From NCBI GenBank assembly GCA_025839675.1, contig CP104013.1:3041121-3105120 (forward strand): DNA of 64,000 nt. Reading direction: 5' to 3'. Positions within the stretch are counted from its first letter, which is position 1; every line of letters starts with the position of its first letter. Made by a program: the position numbers and the translations under genes. Shown here piece by piece: positions 19,897-30,141 of this stretch. Under the pieces are notes generated by a model. The model was not told where the DNA came from and made no database searches. It worked only from the letters and a program-made list of their open reading frames with translations. The DNA comes from Candidatus Lokiarchaeum ossiferum (GTDB lineage: Archaea; Asgardarchaeota; Lokiarchaeia; Sigyniarchaeales; Promethearchaeaceae).

Positions 19897-21489
19897 TTAA
19901 TTTTCGCCTCCAATATTCAATTCTCTAGCCATTTGTTCCATGAAAGGATTGAAATATTCCTTTTCGCGCAAAGCAACTCCATCAAGACCTTTTCCACCAT
20001 CAATGGGTCGTTTCACACCAGCAAATTTTCCTTGGGATAACGCTTCAAATAAACCTTGCAACTCAATCTCCTTAATTAAGGCGTTTGCTTCTGATAAAAC
20101 TTTCTTGACGCGTTGTTCCATAATTCCCCCTTCTTTGAAAGAAATTTCTGAGCCCAAATCAGCCATATTATTAAAAATATACTTTGCATTCTCAATTGCT
20201 AAGGCGCGATCCTGCATAAATGGTGTGTGAATCGCTTCCGTTAACATACCTAAAAGACAAATTTTTTGATTGGTCATAATTGTGATGGCATTAAACAAAG
20301 TATCTTGGATATGACCTTTGAAAATATTCCCTGTCATAAATTTTGTGGGAGGCATATACTTTAATGGTGCATTTGGAAAGATTTCTCGAGCCATTTGGGC
20401 TTGAGCCAATTCGTAAAGAAAACCATTTTTTATGTTGGGGTTCATTTCAAAAGCATGACCTAACCCCATTTGATTTTCTTGAAGTCCAGCAAGTTTAGCA
20501 AATTGCTCATTGATAAATTGAGAGGTTAAGACAGTATGGGCTTCTTCGAAGGCATCGGAAGTAGTTAAGTAATTATCTTCTCCAGTATTAATTATTACAC
20601 CTGCATAGGCATTAATCATACGTGAGAAATATTGATCGATCATAGTGCGTTTCATATTGATATCCCGAAAAAGAATACCATATAAGGCATCATTTAACAT
20701 CATATCTAGACGTTCAAAAGCACCCATTGCTGCAATTTCTGGCATACATAGTCCCGAACAATAATTAGTTAAGCGAATATAGCGCCCTAATTCTTCCCCA
20801 GTTTCATCCAAAGCTTTTCGCATGATTCTAAAATTTTCTTGTGTAGCATATGTTCCACCAAATCCTTCAGTAGTTGCCCCATATGGAACATAATCTAAGA
20901 GAGATTGTCCTGTAGTTCGGATAACTGCAATTACATCAGCACCTTGTTTAGCAGCGGCTTGAGCTTGAGTAATATCCTCATAGATGTTTCCTGTCGCTAC
21001 AATAACATAAATAAATGGTCCAGATTTATCTCCATATTTCTCAAGCATTTGATTCCTTTTAGAACGATTTTCTTTGATTAATTCCAAGTTATGCTTAACT
21101 ACATCTTGGATGGCTAACCTTATCTCGAAAGTATCATGGGGAGGCAATTTGGTTAAGTCTATTTCCTTTTGGCTTACTTTTTCAGCTATTTCTTGAGGAG
21201 ATAATTTCGTTTCAAGCATTGCGTTTCCAATGAAATAAGCAGCACCAGTTCCTAATCCATTTCCTTGTTTGATATTTTCCACCACAACATTTGGTAAAGG
21301 AACTTCAAAATCATTTATGCCATCAATGCCCATTAATCGACATACAGTCCGCTCAACGGACACAGTAGTATGTTGATCAATGAAATTTTGCATTTCACTT
21401 GCGATTTTCCGGGCAGAATTTCGGGCTTCTTTCACAATTGCAAATTTTAGATGCAATTTACTGTCATTCTGAGTTGTCATATTGATCAT
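19897..21489 (-). CDS. kamD: lysine 5,6-aminomutase alpha subunit (PLP/TIM-barrel)
   Basis: 530 aa. The N-terminus (SKLHLKFAIVKEARNSARKIA...HTTVSVERTVCRLMGIDG) aligns with bacterial KamD as recalled. The start may be the ATG at 21480; either way it overlaps the upstream gene. Confidence 0.85.
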   Translation of the reverse strand: MINMTTQNDSKLHLKFAIVKEARNSARKIASEMQNFIDQHTTVSVERTVCRLMGIDGINDFEVPLPNVVVENIKQGNGLGTGAAYFIGNAMLETKLSPQEIAEKVSQKEIDLTKLPPHDTFEIRLAIQDVVKHNLELIKENRSKRNQMLEKYGDKSGPFIYVIVATGNIYEDITQAQAAAKQGADVIAVIRTTGQSLLDYVPYGATTEGFGGTYATQENFRIMRKALDETGEELGRYIRLTNYCSGLCMPEIAAMGAFERLDMMLNDALYGILFRDINMKRTMIDQYFSRMINAYAGVIINTGEDNYLTTSDAFEEAHTVLTSQFINEQFAKLAGLQENQMGLGHAFEMNPNIKNGFLYELAQAQMAREIFPNAPLKYMPPTKFMTGNIFKGHIQDTLFNAITIMTNQKICLLGMLTEAIHTPFMQDRALAIENAKYIFNNMADLGSEISFKEGGIMEQRVKKVLSEANALIKEIELQGLFEALSQGKFAGVKRPIDGGKGLDGVALREKEYFNPFMEQMARELNIGGEN

Positions 21490-22984
21490 TTTTTTCCATT
21501 TGATTGTATTGATTTTTCGCGTATTTTACAATGTTATCAGTTAATCCAAGCAAAATAGCTATATTAAGAGCATCCTTAGGAACAATGCTGTCATGTTGAA
21601 CGCGTTCCAAACGATAATCCATATGTTCTTGAATAATTTGAATAGATGTATATTTTTGAGAGGATTGAAGGTCAATTTTGTGTTTTAGGGAAAGAAAATC
21701 GACATTTTTTAGTCCCATCACTTGATAATGTGCGAATTTTTTATTAGAAATACCTTCATAGTGTGTAGTTATAAGAGAAATTGCATTTTGGGAGTTTAAA
21801 TACTGGGTTAAAGCCTTGATTAAAATTGTTCCTTCTGACGGATTTGTTCCTCGGGCAAATTCATCCATTACTATGAAGGAAAATTTTTTGGGAAGAGAAG
21901 AAATTATTTGATTAACAGTAATTATCTCAGCTCCAAAAGTGGACAAACCTGCAGAAACATCTTGCATATCATCAGAAACAAAATATAGATTATCAAACAA
22001 GGGGATTTGAACAGATTTTGCAAATACAAAAAATCCATAATGAGCAAGCAGTACATTTAGGAAGAGAGTTTGCAAGGAAACTGTTTTTCCTCCCATATTT
22101 GCGCCAGTGATAATCGTCACTCCCAAATCGAGATCAATTGATATCGGTGTAAATTGCTTTTCTGATTGATTTAAAATCGATTGAACATAAGGATTTATAG
22201 ATCTTTTAATTTTAATACCCTGATTTGAAGAAATCTGAGGTTTAACCCCCCCAAATTCTAAAGCAAGTTTCGCTTTGGAGATCCAAAAATCAAAAAGTCC
22301 TAATTTGGTAATATTGTCCAAATATAGGGTAGTGTATTGCCGAAGTTGAAAGGAAAGGGATTTTTTAACATTAAGTTCTTCTTCGCGTTCTAATATCACT
22401 ACATCTAATCGTTCTTCCTTAAGTTGTTTTATTAACTCCGAATCTTGCGTTTGAAAGATTTTAGTTTCAAGTGATCTCTTCCTTTCACGAATTTTCTGAA
22501 GGGAATCAGAATAAGAATCATAAAGATAAAAAGTAGGAATATTTGTCTGATTTGGATCTAATAAAGAAATTACTTGTTTAAAGGAAGTAAAATCCATTTC
22601 GGGTAGGGATAGGTGCAAACTTTGCACTTTCGAAGAAAAATCCTCAAAATCCATGGCAAATTTCTTTAATTCAAAAATCTCAACTTCATCCAATATTTTC
22701 GTTTCTTGAAGATTTAATAAGGATCGTCGGATATCTCTTAATTTTGGAAGAATATAGTCAATTTTTTTATGGATTGAACTATTTTTTTGAATTGAACTAC
22801 AAAGACATCCAATATTTGAAAGTTCTGTTATTAGAAGCTCCTTTTCAGAAGGGGAGAACCTCCGTAAATTATTTTTCAATTCTTTCCCAAAGGGAGTTAA
22901 AGTATCCAGCTTGTTAAGAAGAAAAGTAAATCCAATAGTATCCAAATTCTCTTGAGTTAGCCCTATCATTTTAATTACCTCCAA
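21464..22984 (-). CDS. MutS-like ABC-type ATPase (MutS domain V only)
   Basis: Walker A ITGANMGGKTVSLQ, Walker B IVMDEF, TTHY motif. No mismatch-binding or connector domains; N-terminal helical region only. Confidence 0.65.
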   Translation of the reverse strand: MEVIKMIGLTQENLDTIGFTFLLNKLDTLTPFGKELKNNLRRFSPSEKELLITELSNIGCLCSSIQKNSSIHKKIDYILPKLRDIRRSLLNLQETKILDEVEIFELKKFAMDFEDFSSKVQSLHLSLPEMDFTSFKQVISLLDPNQTNIPTFYLYDSYSDSLQKIRERKRSLETKIFQTQDSELIKQLKEERLDVVILEREEELNVKKSLSFQLRQYTTLYLDNITKLGLFDFWISKAKLALEFGGVKPQISSNQGIKIKRSINPYVQSILNQSEKQFTPISIDLDLGVTIITGANMGGKTVSLQTLFLNVLLAHYGFFVFAKSVQIPLFDNLYFVSDDMQDVSAGLSTFGAEIITVNQIISSLPKKFSFIVMDEFARGTNPSEGTILIKALTQYLNSQNAISLITTHYEGISNKKFAHYQVMGLKNVDFLSLKHKIDLQSSQKYTSIQIIQEHMDYRLERVQHDSIVPKDALNIAILLGLTDNIVKYAKNQYNQMEKNDQYDNSE

Positions 22985-24029
22985 CTAGATCAAAAATTGG
23001 TAGGGATATTTTACATCTTAAAGTCGAAAGGAATTGCTTCGGATCAAATTCATATCCAAGAGGTGAAAACGGATTAGCAGTTAGGCATAAAATCTTAATG
23101 GGGGAAAGAACTAAAATTTTACCTCCTGTTTTTTCATATTGATACAATATATCCTTTGATAAAAATAATTTTGTACCATCTGCCACCAACAGTGTAAATT
23201 CTTTATATAAAAGAGAGTTTTCCATTAATCTGATGAGCAAATTATCACTTACAGCACCTTTGATAACTAAATATTGCATATCTTTGGATAAAGAATTGAT
23301 TATCTCAAGTTCAGAATCTAAAGCAGTAGTCATCTGAAGATTTTTTACGATCTCATTCTTATCAATAATCCCAACTCGAGAGATCTGTTCAGTCAATTTC
23401 ATAATATGGGGATTTTTTAACTTATCAAAGGAGAGCAATCTCACGGTATGAGCAGTCATTTCAGAAACGGCATCCATATTTCTTGAAAGACTCGCCCCAG
23501 TTGCGAGAATTGTGGCATCAGTGATTGAAGGGGCAGCAAACGTTTTCCGGCTTAAAGCACCATCCACTAAAACAAGTTCACAGCCTAATTTAAGTAATTC
23601 ATTACAGATTTGTGACAGATATTCGGTTTGCGAGGGACCAGCAATCTCAATATATCCATCACTTAAAGCTCGAACAATAATGATTTCTCCCAGTGGAGTT
23701 CCAATACAAGTATTTGCAAGAATTTCTTTGGTGATATCACTTTGCTCTACACATTGTTTAGCAGTAGCGATAATTGTTCCTTTTTCAATATAAATACGGG
23801 GTTTAGCGGTAGCCGTAACAACATCTATGGTTTCTCCATCTCTTCCGATGGAAGTTAACCCTAATTTGTAACGGGTGCGTATTCGTGAAATTATAAAATT
23901 CAGAGTGGTTGTTTTCCCCACATTTTTTTCCATACCAATTATTGAAACTGTTTGATAATGAACAAGCTGTTGGATTATTCGATCAACTTCAAAGTTTTCT
24001 AAGGTATTTCTTGAACTCATAGTTTTCAA
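22971..24029 (-). CDS. P-loop NTPase of unknown function
   Basis: Walker A GMEKNVGKTTT near the N-terminus. Overlaps MutS-like by 14 nt and lies between kamA and the MutS-like gene. Confidence 0.5.
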   Translation of the reverse strand: MKTMSSRNTLENFEVDRIIQQLVHYQTVSIIGMEKNVGKTTTLNFIISRIRTRYKLGLTSIGRDGETIDVVTATAKPRIYIEKGTIIATAKQCVEQSDITKEILANTCIGTPLGEIIIVRALSDGYIEIAGPSQTEYLSQICNELLKLGCELVLVDGALSRKTFAAPSITDATILATGASLSRNMDAVSEMTAHTVRLLSFDKLKNPHIMKLTEQISRVGIIDKNEIVKNLQMTTALDSELEIINSLSKDMQYLVIKGAVSDNLLIRLMENSLLYKEFTLLVADGTKLFLSKDILYQYEKTGGKILVLSPIKILCLTANPFSPLGYEFDPKQFLSTLRCKISLPIFDLVGGN

Positions 24030-24079
24030 TCCAACATTTCTAGGGGTATGGGGTGTTAGATAAAAAAAAAAGGATGAAT

Positions 24080-25348
24080 TTATTCCTTTTTGATATTTCG
24101 TTTGTGGCGTTCAAGATTTGCGGGTTCAATGGTAATGCCTTCCCCATGTTTTCCCTTACTATGAATAAGTCCTGCAACACCTACGAGATGATTGTATTCT
24201 TCCTCATATTCATCATTCACAATTCCGGGTTTATAATTCTCTGGCTCATCATAGCGACAAATAACACCTTCATAATTACGTAGGATCACTTTTTGATTAC
24301 TTTGCGAAATTACGTAATTGGGCATAACTGGAATTTTTCCCCCACCACCAGGTGCATCAACAATGTAAGTGGGAACGCAGAACCCAGAAGTATGCCCGCG
24401 TAAACCTTCCATAATTTCAATTCCCTTAGAGACAGTTGTCCTAAAATTGAGTAAACCTATTGATAAATCACATTGATACACATAATATGGTCTAACACGT
24501 ATTTTCACTAATTCATGCATCAATTTCTTCATGGTATAAACAGAATCATTTACTCCACGAAGCAATACAGATTGATTTCCAAGAGGAATTCCTGAATTTG
24601 CCAACATTGCACATGCTTGTTGAGATTCGGGAGTAATTTCATGAGGATGGTTAAAATGAGTGTTAAGCCATACCGGATGATATTTTTTGATGATATTACA
24701 TAATTCTGGGGTTATTCGTTGCGGCATCACTACGGGAACCCGTGATCCGATCCGAATGATTTCCACATGAGGAATTTCTCTCAGATTTTTAATAATATAT
24801 TCCAAACGAGTATCAGAAACCAAGAGCGCATCCCCTCCCGAGAGCAGAACATCTCTAACTTTAGGATTATTTCGGATATAATCTATCCCTTGATCAATTT
24901 GATCTTGTTTTAACTGTTTGTCATGGTGACCTGCAAATCTTCGGCGGGTACAATGACGGCAATACATAGAACATTGATCAGTAATTAAGAATAGCACACG
25001 GTCAGGATAACGGTGGGTTAACCCTGGTACGGGGGAATCGGTGTCCTCATGTAAAGGATCTTCAATATCAGCATCACATGAGTAAGTTTCGGCAATTGTT
25101 GGTACACTTTGAAGTTTAATTGGATCCATCGGATCATTAGGATCAATCAAAGATAAATAATAAGGAGTAATTGCCATTCTAAATTTTTCAACACAACCCC
25201 GAGCGCTTTCTTCTTCTTCCTTTGTCAATGGCAAAAATGTTTTTAGAGCCTCAACCGACTCAATACGATTCTTCACTTGCCATTTCCAATCGTTCCAGAG
25301 CTCATCTGAAACATCCCCAAACAATTCCGCTCTTCTATTGACTTTCAT
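24080..25348 (-). CDS. kamA: L-lysine 2,3-aminomutase (radical SAM)
   Basis: Radical-SAM CxxxCxxC (CSMYCRHCTRR), LSGGDAL, C-terminal PGGGGK PLP region. 422 aa. Confidence 0.9.
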   Translation of the reverse strand: MKVNRRAELFGDVSDELWNDWKWQVKNRIESVEALKTFLPLTKEEEESARGCVEKFRMAITPYYLSLIDPNDPMDPIKLQSVPTIAETYSCDADIEDPLHEDTDSPVPGLTHRYPDRVLFLITDQCSMYCRHCTRRRFAGHHDKQLKQDQIDQGIDYIRNNPKVRDVLLSGGDALLVSDTRLEYIIKNLREIPHVEIIRIGSRVPVVMPQRITPELCNIIKKYHPVWLNTHFNHPHEITPESQQACAMLANSGIPLGNQSVLLRGVNDSVYTMKKLMHELVKIRVRPYYVYQCDLSIGLLNFRTTVSKGIEIMEGLRGHTSGFCVPTYIVDAPGGGGKIPVMPNYVISQSNQKVILRNYEGVICRYDEPENYKPGIVNDEYEEEYNHLVGVAGLIHSKGKHGEGITIEPANLERHKRNIKKE

Positions 25349-25422
25349 TTTTTTTCAGCTGAAATATTTAATGAATAAAAAGTAAGTAATTTTGGTAAAA
25401 AAAAAGGATTAGGATTTCGTTC

Positions 25423-26556
25423 TTATACATATTTTTCTTCAAACATTTTTCGAAGAATTGGGCTTTCACGGAGTATTTCGAGCGTGATTTCTGCGTGATC
25501 CTTGCAATATCCATTTCCAATGATCATATTAACATCCTTTCCAACACCTTCAGCACCTAAAGCCGCTTTAGTAAAGCTGGTTGCCATTGAGAAGAAATAC
25601 ACAATTCCATCATCTTTACATGGGAGGATACAAGACATTTCACAATCTGGAACATTTAAACAGTTGATTACAATATCAACTTCTTCGCCGCCAGTTGCTT
25701 CCAATGTTTTTTCATAGATGTCGATAGGACTCTTGGCGTTAGCGATAACAGCTTTATGACAGAATCCATATTCCATCATATATTTAGCACGATCTTCATT
25801 GCGAGCATTTCCCAAAATCAATCCCGTTGGACCTGCACGTTTTCGAGCTTCATAAGCACACATCATCCCAGATTTGCCCGTTGCACCTAGAATTAAAACT
25901 TTTTGACCAGGTTTAACTAATTTTGCAGTTTGAGCAGGAGCCCCAGCAACATCTAAAGCGGCTAAAGCAACAGCTTCACTGAAATCTTCTGGAATTTTAG
26001 AATATATTCCACTTTCAAATAAAATAGCTTTACCAGTAATGTCAGCTCGATCAATATTCATATTCAATTTGTGAATTTTATCAATTCGGAGTGGAGTAAG
26101 GCTTAAACTAACCAATGTAGCGATTTTATCACCAACTTTTAAATCGATTTTCCCTTCTAAGTCTTTTCCAATTTTTTCAACTTTTCCTAATAACATTCCA
26201 CCACTGCCAGTGTCAGGATTTCGATGTTTGCCTTGCATTTCCACAATTTCAAACATTCTTGCTTTCATCTTTTCCTCATCAGCTCCACAGCTTTCTTTAA
26301 TTTGGTGGAAACTTGCGGAATCAATATTTAACGATTGGACGTCAATGAGAATTTCGTTATCGTAAAGAACATCCATGTTGTTGTCGAGTTTATCACAATT
26401 TTGCGGAAGAGCACCTTTGGGTGCAATGACACGGTGTACACCGAATTTTGAACCTTGAACCATTTTTTCTAACTCCAAATAATTCTTCACTCTTTGAGGT
26501 AAGGAATCTAAAAAGTGAATCTTATGAGAATTAAGGTGATGATATATTAAAATCAC
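25423..26556 (-). CDS. kdd: L-erythro-3,5-diaminohexanoate dehydrogenase
   Basis: 377 aa, MDR/Rossmann-like (ILGATGKSG dinucleotide motif); position and size match the Kdd of lysine fermentation clusters. Confidence 0.7.
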   Translation of the reverse strand: MILIYHHLNSHKIHFLDSLPQRVKNYLELEKMVQGSKFGVHRVIAPKGALPQNCDKLDNNMDVLYDNEILIDVQSLNIDSASFHQIKESCGADEEKMKARMFEIVEMQGKHRNPDTGSGGMLLGKVEKIGKDLEGKIDLKVGDKIATLVSLSLTPLRIDKIHKLNMNIDRADITGKAILFESGIYSKIPEDFSEAVALAALDVAGAPAQTAKLVKPGQKVLILGATGKSGMMCAYEARKRAGPTGLILGNARNEDRAKYMMEYGFCHKAVIANAKSPIDIYEKTLEATGGEEVDIVINCLNVPDCEMSCILPCKDDGIVYFFSMATSFTKAALGAEGVGKDVNMIIGNGYCKDHAEITLEILRESPILRKMFEEKYV

Positions 26557-26705
26557 TCAGAAGATAAGTTGGAAATTTTGTTGATTAATAATACATTATT
26601 CGTGATTTTTTGAAATAAGAATTTGCTTATTAATTTTGTCTACATTTAGAGTATTTTTCACAACTAAATTTGCGCATCTTTTCAAAAGGATAAAAAGGAA
26701 AAAAA

Positions 26706-28226
26706 ATGTTACAACTTATGGAAAAAGAACGTTCACGACCTCAATTTATCTGGACTATTTTGAAGGAAATCTATGCTCATCCTGATAATTACAAAAAAAA
26801 CCAAGGTAAAATTCATCAACGGATTAAAAAATGGTTGATAAAACGTTCTAATACCTACAATATTCCCCTCAAAATACAGGAAGATTCGATCGGGAATATT
26901 TTTGTAAGAAAACCTGCTCTTTCGGGGTGTGAAAACTACCCTCCCATTTTATTGCAAGCTCACTACGATATTTACGATAAAAAAGAAAGTTCCATTTATG
27001 ATTTCCAGGGTTCATCGATTAGTTTCCAAGAAAAATGGATTGAAATGATAGGAACCCCCATTTTTGATGACTCAATTGTTGGTGTGGCCTTGATTCTTGC
27101 CGTGTTAATTAATAAAAATGAAATTTTTGAACATGGACCGATAGAAGCACTATTTACTGTAAAACGAGATGATAGATTTGTTGGAGCCCTTAATTTGGAT
27201 GTAGATTATTTCAATATTCAAAGCAAATTCTTGTTAAATTTTGATTCAGTAGATTTAGGGGCAATAACAAATGGTACCGCGGGATGTGCAGAGTTTCTTT
27301 ACTCCAAAAAAGCAACACCTATTGATCCAGGCGAGGGCAAGTATCTTACGTTTTACAAGCTTTCGATTTCTGGCTTGAAGGGAGGAGAATTAGGATCAGA
27401 AATACACTTCTTTCGTGCCAATGCAATTAAACTGATCGCCCGAGCACTTTCTTCTTTAAGTGAACACATGCAAATTAACTTAGCAGACTGGTCCGGAGGG
27501 GATCTCTATCGATTTATTCCCCGAAAATCTACGGTTATTTTTGCGGTTCATACTGATGAAGAATTCAAGGTGGAGCAAATTTTAAAAGAAGAAAAGGGAA
27601 CTATCATCAAAAAATATCGCACGTTCACCGAATATGGGTCCAATCTAGAACCTAATTTATGTATTCAGTGGGAAAAAACGAAAGCAAAACCCTATTTTTC
27701 GAAGAAGATCTCAGAATCAGCCATAGCTCTTGCAAATCTCATTCCGCATGGACTAAGTCGGTCATCTTCAGTTGAAAATGAATTTGGACGTATATCTAAT
27801 AATTTTGCCAAGGTAGAGACGACCCGATCAGCAATACGTTTCCATTCAAAATCTCGCGGGGATAATGCGCCTGAATTTAAAGCTTTTAATAGAACTTTAA
27901 TCCAATTGGGTGACCTTGGTGGTTGGAAAGTGAAAAATGATTATACTTTTCCAGTATGGGTGCCGCAAAAAGAGAAGGAATTTCTGAATTTTGTGAAACA
28001 TAAATATGAAGATATTCTCCAAAAACCGATTCGTATTGATAAATTGTATTGGGTATTAGAACCAGGAATAATTGCCAAACAGATTCCGCAGATGCAAGCC
28101 CTCTCAATTGGACCAACCGAAATTGGAGTGTTTCCTGAAAATTATAAAGTCAGTGTCTATGATATTCAAATCCTCTTTCGTCTTCTACGGACAATTCTTA
28201 AGAATCTAAATCAAATCTCAATGTAA
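26706..28226 (+). CDS. M20C-family peptidase, PepD (Xaa-His dipeptidase)-like
   Basis: N-terminus and ILLQAHYDIY align with PepD PVVLQAHLDMV. SGLKGGELGSEIHF resembles the PepD lid-domain GLKGGHSGGEIH. Some metal ligands appear substituted. Confidence 0.6.
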   Translation: MLQLMEKERSRPQFIWTILKEIYAHPDNYKKNQGKIHQRIKKWLIKRSNTYNIPLKIQEDSIGNIFVRKPALSGCENYPPILLQAHYDIYDKKESSIYDFQGSSISFQEKWIEMIGTPIFDDSIVGVALILAVLINKNEIFEHGPIEALFTVKRDDRFVGALNLDVDYFNIQSKFLLNFDSVDLGAITNGTAGCAEFLYSKKATPIDPGEGKYLTFYKLSISGLKGGELGSEIHFFRANAIKLIARALSSLSEHMQINLADWSGGDLYRFIPRKSTVIFAVHTDEEFKVEQILKEEKGTIIKKYRTFTEYGSNLEPNLCIQWEKTKAKPYFSKKISESAIALANLIPHGLSRSSSVENEFGRISNNFAKVETTRSAIRFHSKSRGDNAPEFKAFNRTLIQLGDLGGWKVKNDYTFPVWVPQKEKEFLNFVKHKYEDILQKPIRIDKLYWVLEPGIIAKQIPQMQALSIGPTEIGVFPENYKVSVYDIQILFRLLRTILKNLNQISM

Positions 28227-28247
28227 AATGAAGAGTTCTCCCAAGAT

Positions 28248-28748
28248 CTAAGGATCCAGATGAAGGGTTTCGTCATCGAGGCACAATTTTTTTTGATCTT
28301 CCTTAATCACATGGGATATCACGAGAGTTTCCAATTTTTCCACTAAATTGGATTTCATGATTTTCGAATAGACACGCTCCATAAAAGATTTGTTATCTTG
28401 GGTTTTGACCAAGATCAGAAAGTTTTGAGCCCCTAAAATGAAATAAACCGCCCATACTTCTTCCATTCCAACTAAGAGGGATTTCATCTTTTCAACCGAA
28501 TCTTCGTGAAATTTTGCGGAAAGCAAAACAGCCGAAAGAAATTCATCTGAATGAGAAGTAAGATTCACATCAGCATGATAACCTTGAATTATTTGTTCTT
28601 CTTCCAATCGTTTAATTCGGTAATGAATGGTGGAAAGGGATACATGTAATTTTTCAGCGAGTTTTCCATATGGAATCCGGCAGTCTCTTTGTAACTCATT
28701 TAGAATTTGTTTATCAATATTATCCAAAAAACTTCGACGATTTGACAT
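28248..28748 (-). CDS. Lrp/AsnC-family transcriptional regulator
   Basis: N-terminal HTH (ILNELQRDCRIPYGKLAEKLHVSLSTIHYRIKRLEE) plus C-terminal RAM domain. Confidence 0.8.
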   Translation of the reverse strand: MSNRRSFLDNIDKQILNELQRDCRIPYGKLAEKLHVSLSTIHYRIKRLEEEQIIQGYHADVNLTSHSDEFLSAVLLSAKFHEDSVEKMKSLLVGMEEVWAVYFILGAQNFLILVKTQDNKSFMERVYSKIMKSNLVEKLETLVISHVIKEDQKKLCLDDETLHLDP

Positions 28749-28865
28749 GCTACTCCCTTAATAACTAATATGGTTATTAAGTCAGAGTAACTCAAAAAAT
28801 TTTTTGATTAGAGATAATATAAAAATAAAATTTGTAAAAAAGAGAATTCGAAAAACAAAACTAAT

Positions 28866-30119
28866 TTATAAAATTGACATCATATCCTTTAAAGTGCGTG
28901 ATACCAGGAAAAGTTGAATATTTCGGCTCCCTCCAATCACTTCTTGCACTTTACTTACCTCAAGTGCTTTATCCACCCGTAAATTATCGGTAAATGCAAT
29001 TCCTCCGCAAATATGTTGGGTTTCATAAGCAATACGATGAGCAAGGTTTGAGGTTAAGAATTTTGTCCCGGAGCTGAACGCGGCATTATATTTGACGAAT
29101 TTTTGATCTGGATATTTCAATAACTTTCGATATTCAATACCCGTTGTAAGTCCGAGAACTGTGGCAGACATCAATTCTGTGAATAGTTTTGTAATTGGAA
29201 AAGACACACCTTGATTATTAAATATGGGTTTTCCAAATTGTTGGCGATTATTGGTATAAATAAGCGAAGTAATAGCTGTAAGCCAACCTATTCCTAAACT
29301 AGAGCCAATAATAGTATCCCGTTCGGCAACTAAACCGGTGAATAAGTTTTTGTAACCTTGTCCTCGCCCACCAATAATGTTTTCTTTGGGCACTTTCACA
29401 TTACTAAAAATTGTTTGACCAATTTCCACTCGAGGAACAGAATTGATTCCAAGTCGATGAGTTTCTAATCCTTTAAAATCCCTTTCTATTATGCCTTGAT
29501 ACATGGTTCCCCGAGGATTCGTTACATCGGATACCCCATAGGCAATAAAATAATCCGCTACAGGTCCATTGGTAGTATATACTTTCTCCCCATTAAACAC
29601 CAAGTGATCATTATTATCTTGAACCGTAGTTTTCATGTTGACCGCATCGGATCCTTGAGTGCGTTCGGTAATACAAATACAGCCGACTTTTCGACCAGAG
29701 ATTGTTTCGGCAAGGATTTCTTGTGCTCGATCCGTACTGCCATGTTGAAAGATTGGATTGGTAAAAATTAACCCAGAGACAACTCGAGCGAGATCTAATT
29801 CAGGATCCATGATTGTAGTGGCCATTGCGAGAAGCAATTCATAACGCATCCCATAATGTTCCATATCCCCAAATTTATTCAATCGTTGCATATAGTTCTT
29901 TTTACCCAATATTGGAAAAAGATCATAGACTTCTTTGGAATAATCCAGTTTGGGCTCTATTTCTTTCAACAAAAAATCTTCTAATTCATAGAGAAATGCC
30001 CGCTCTTCCTCCGTTATTAGAGGTGTTATAAAATTATTGAAAATCTTGTAAATATTTTTAGTAGAGAGTTTCTTCTTTATCTCCCCATCCAATATATCAA
30101 CGCCAGTCATGATGTCCAT
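28866..30119 (-). CDS. acyl-CoA dehydrogenase family protein
   Basis: ACAD C-terminal helical domain (GGIAFTDNLRVDKALEVSKVQEVIGGSRNIQ), catalytic-base region, 417 aa. Confidence 0.8.
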   Translation of the reverse strand: MDIMTGVDILDGEIKKKLSTKNIYKIFNNFITPLITEEERAFLYELEDFLLKEIEPKLDYSKEVYDLFPILGKKNYMQRLNKFGDMEHYGMRYELLLAMATTIMDPELDLARVVSGLIFTNPIFQHGSTDRAQEILAETISGRKVGCICITERTQGSDAVNMKTTVQDNNDHLVFNGEKVYTTNGPVADYFIAYGVSDVTNPRGTMYQGIIERDFKGLETHRLGINSVPRVEIGQTIFSNVKVPKENIIGGRGQGYKNLFTGLVAERDTIIGSSLGIGWLTAITSLIYTNNRQQFGKPIFNNQGVSFPITKLFTELMSATVLGLTTGIEYRKLLKYPDQKFVKYNAAFSSGTKFLTSNLAHRIAYETQHICGGIAFTDNLRVDKALEVSKVQEVIGGSRNIQLFLVSRTLKDMMSIL

Positions 30120-30141
30120 TTAGGTTCTCTCCAAATGATCT

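Noticed and set aside
21464-22984. Annotating the MutS-like gene as DNA mismatch repair MutS/MutS2
   Set aside because: Only the ABC ATPase domain V is present. The mismatch-binding, connector, clamp and Smr domains are missing, and it is embedded in a metabolic operon.
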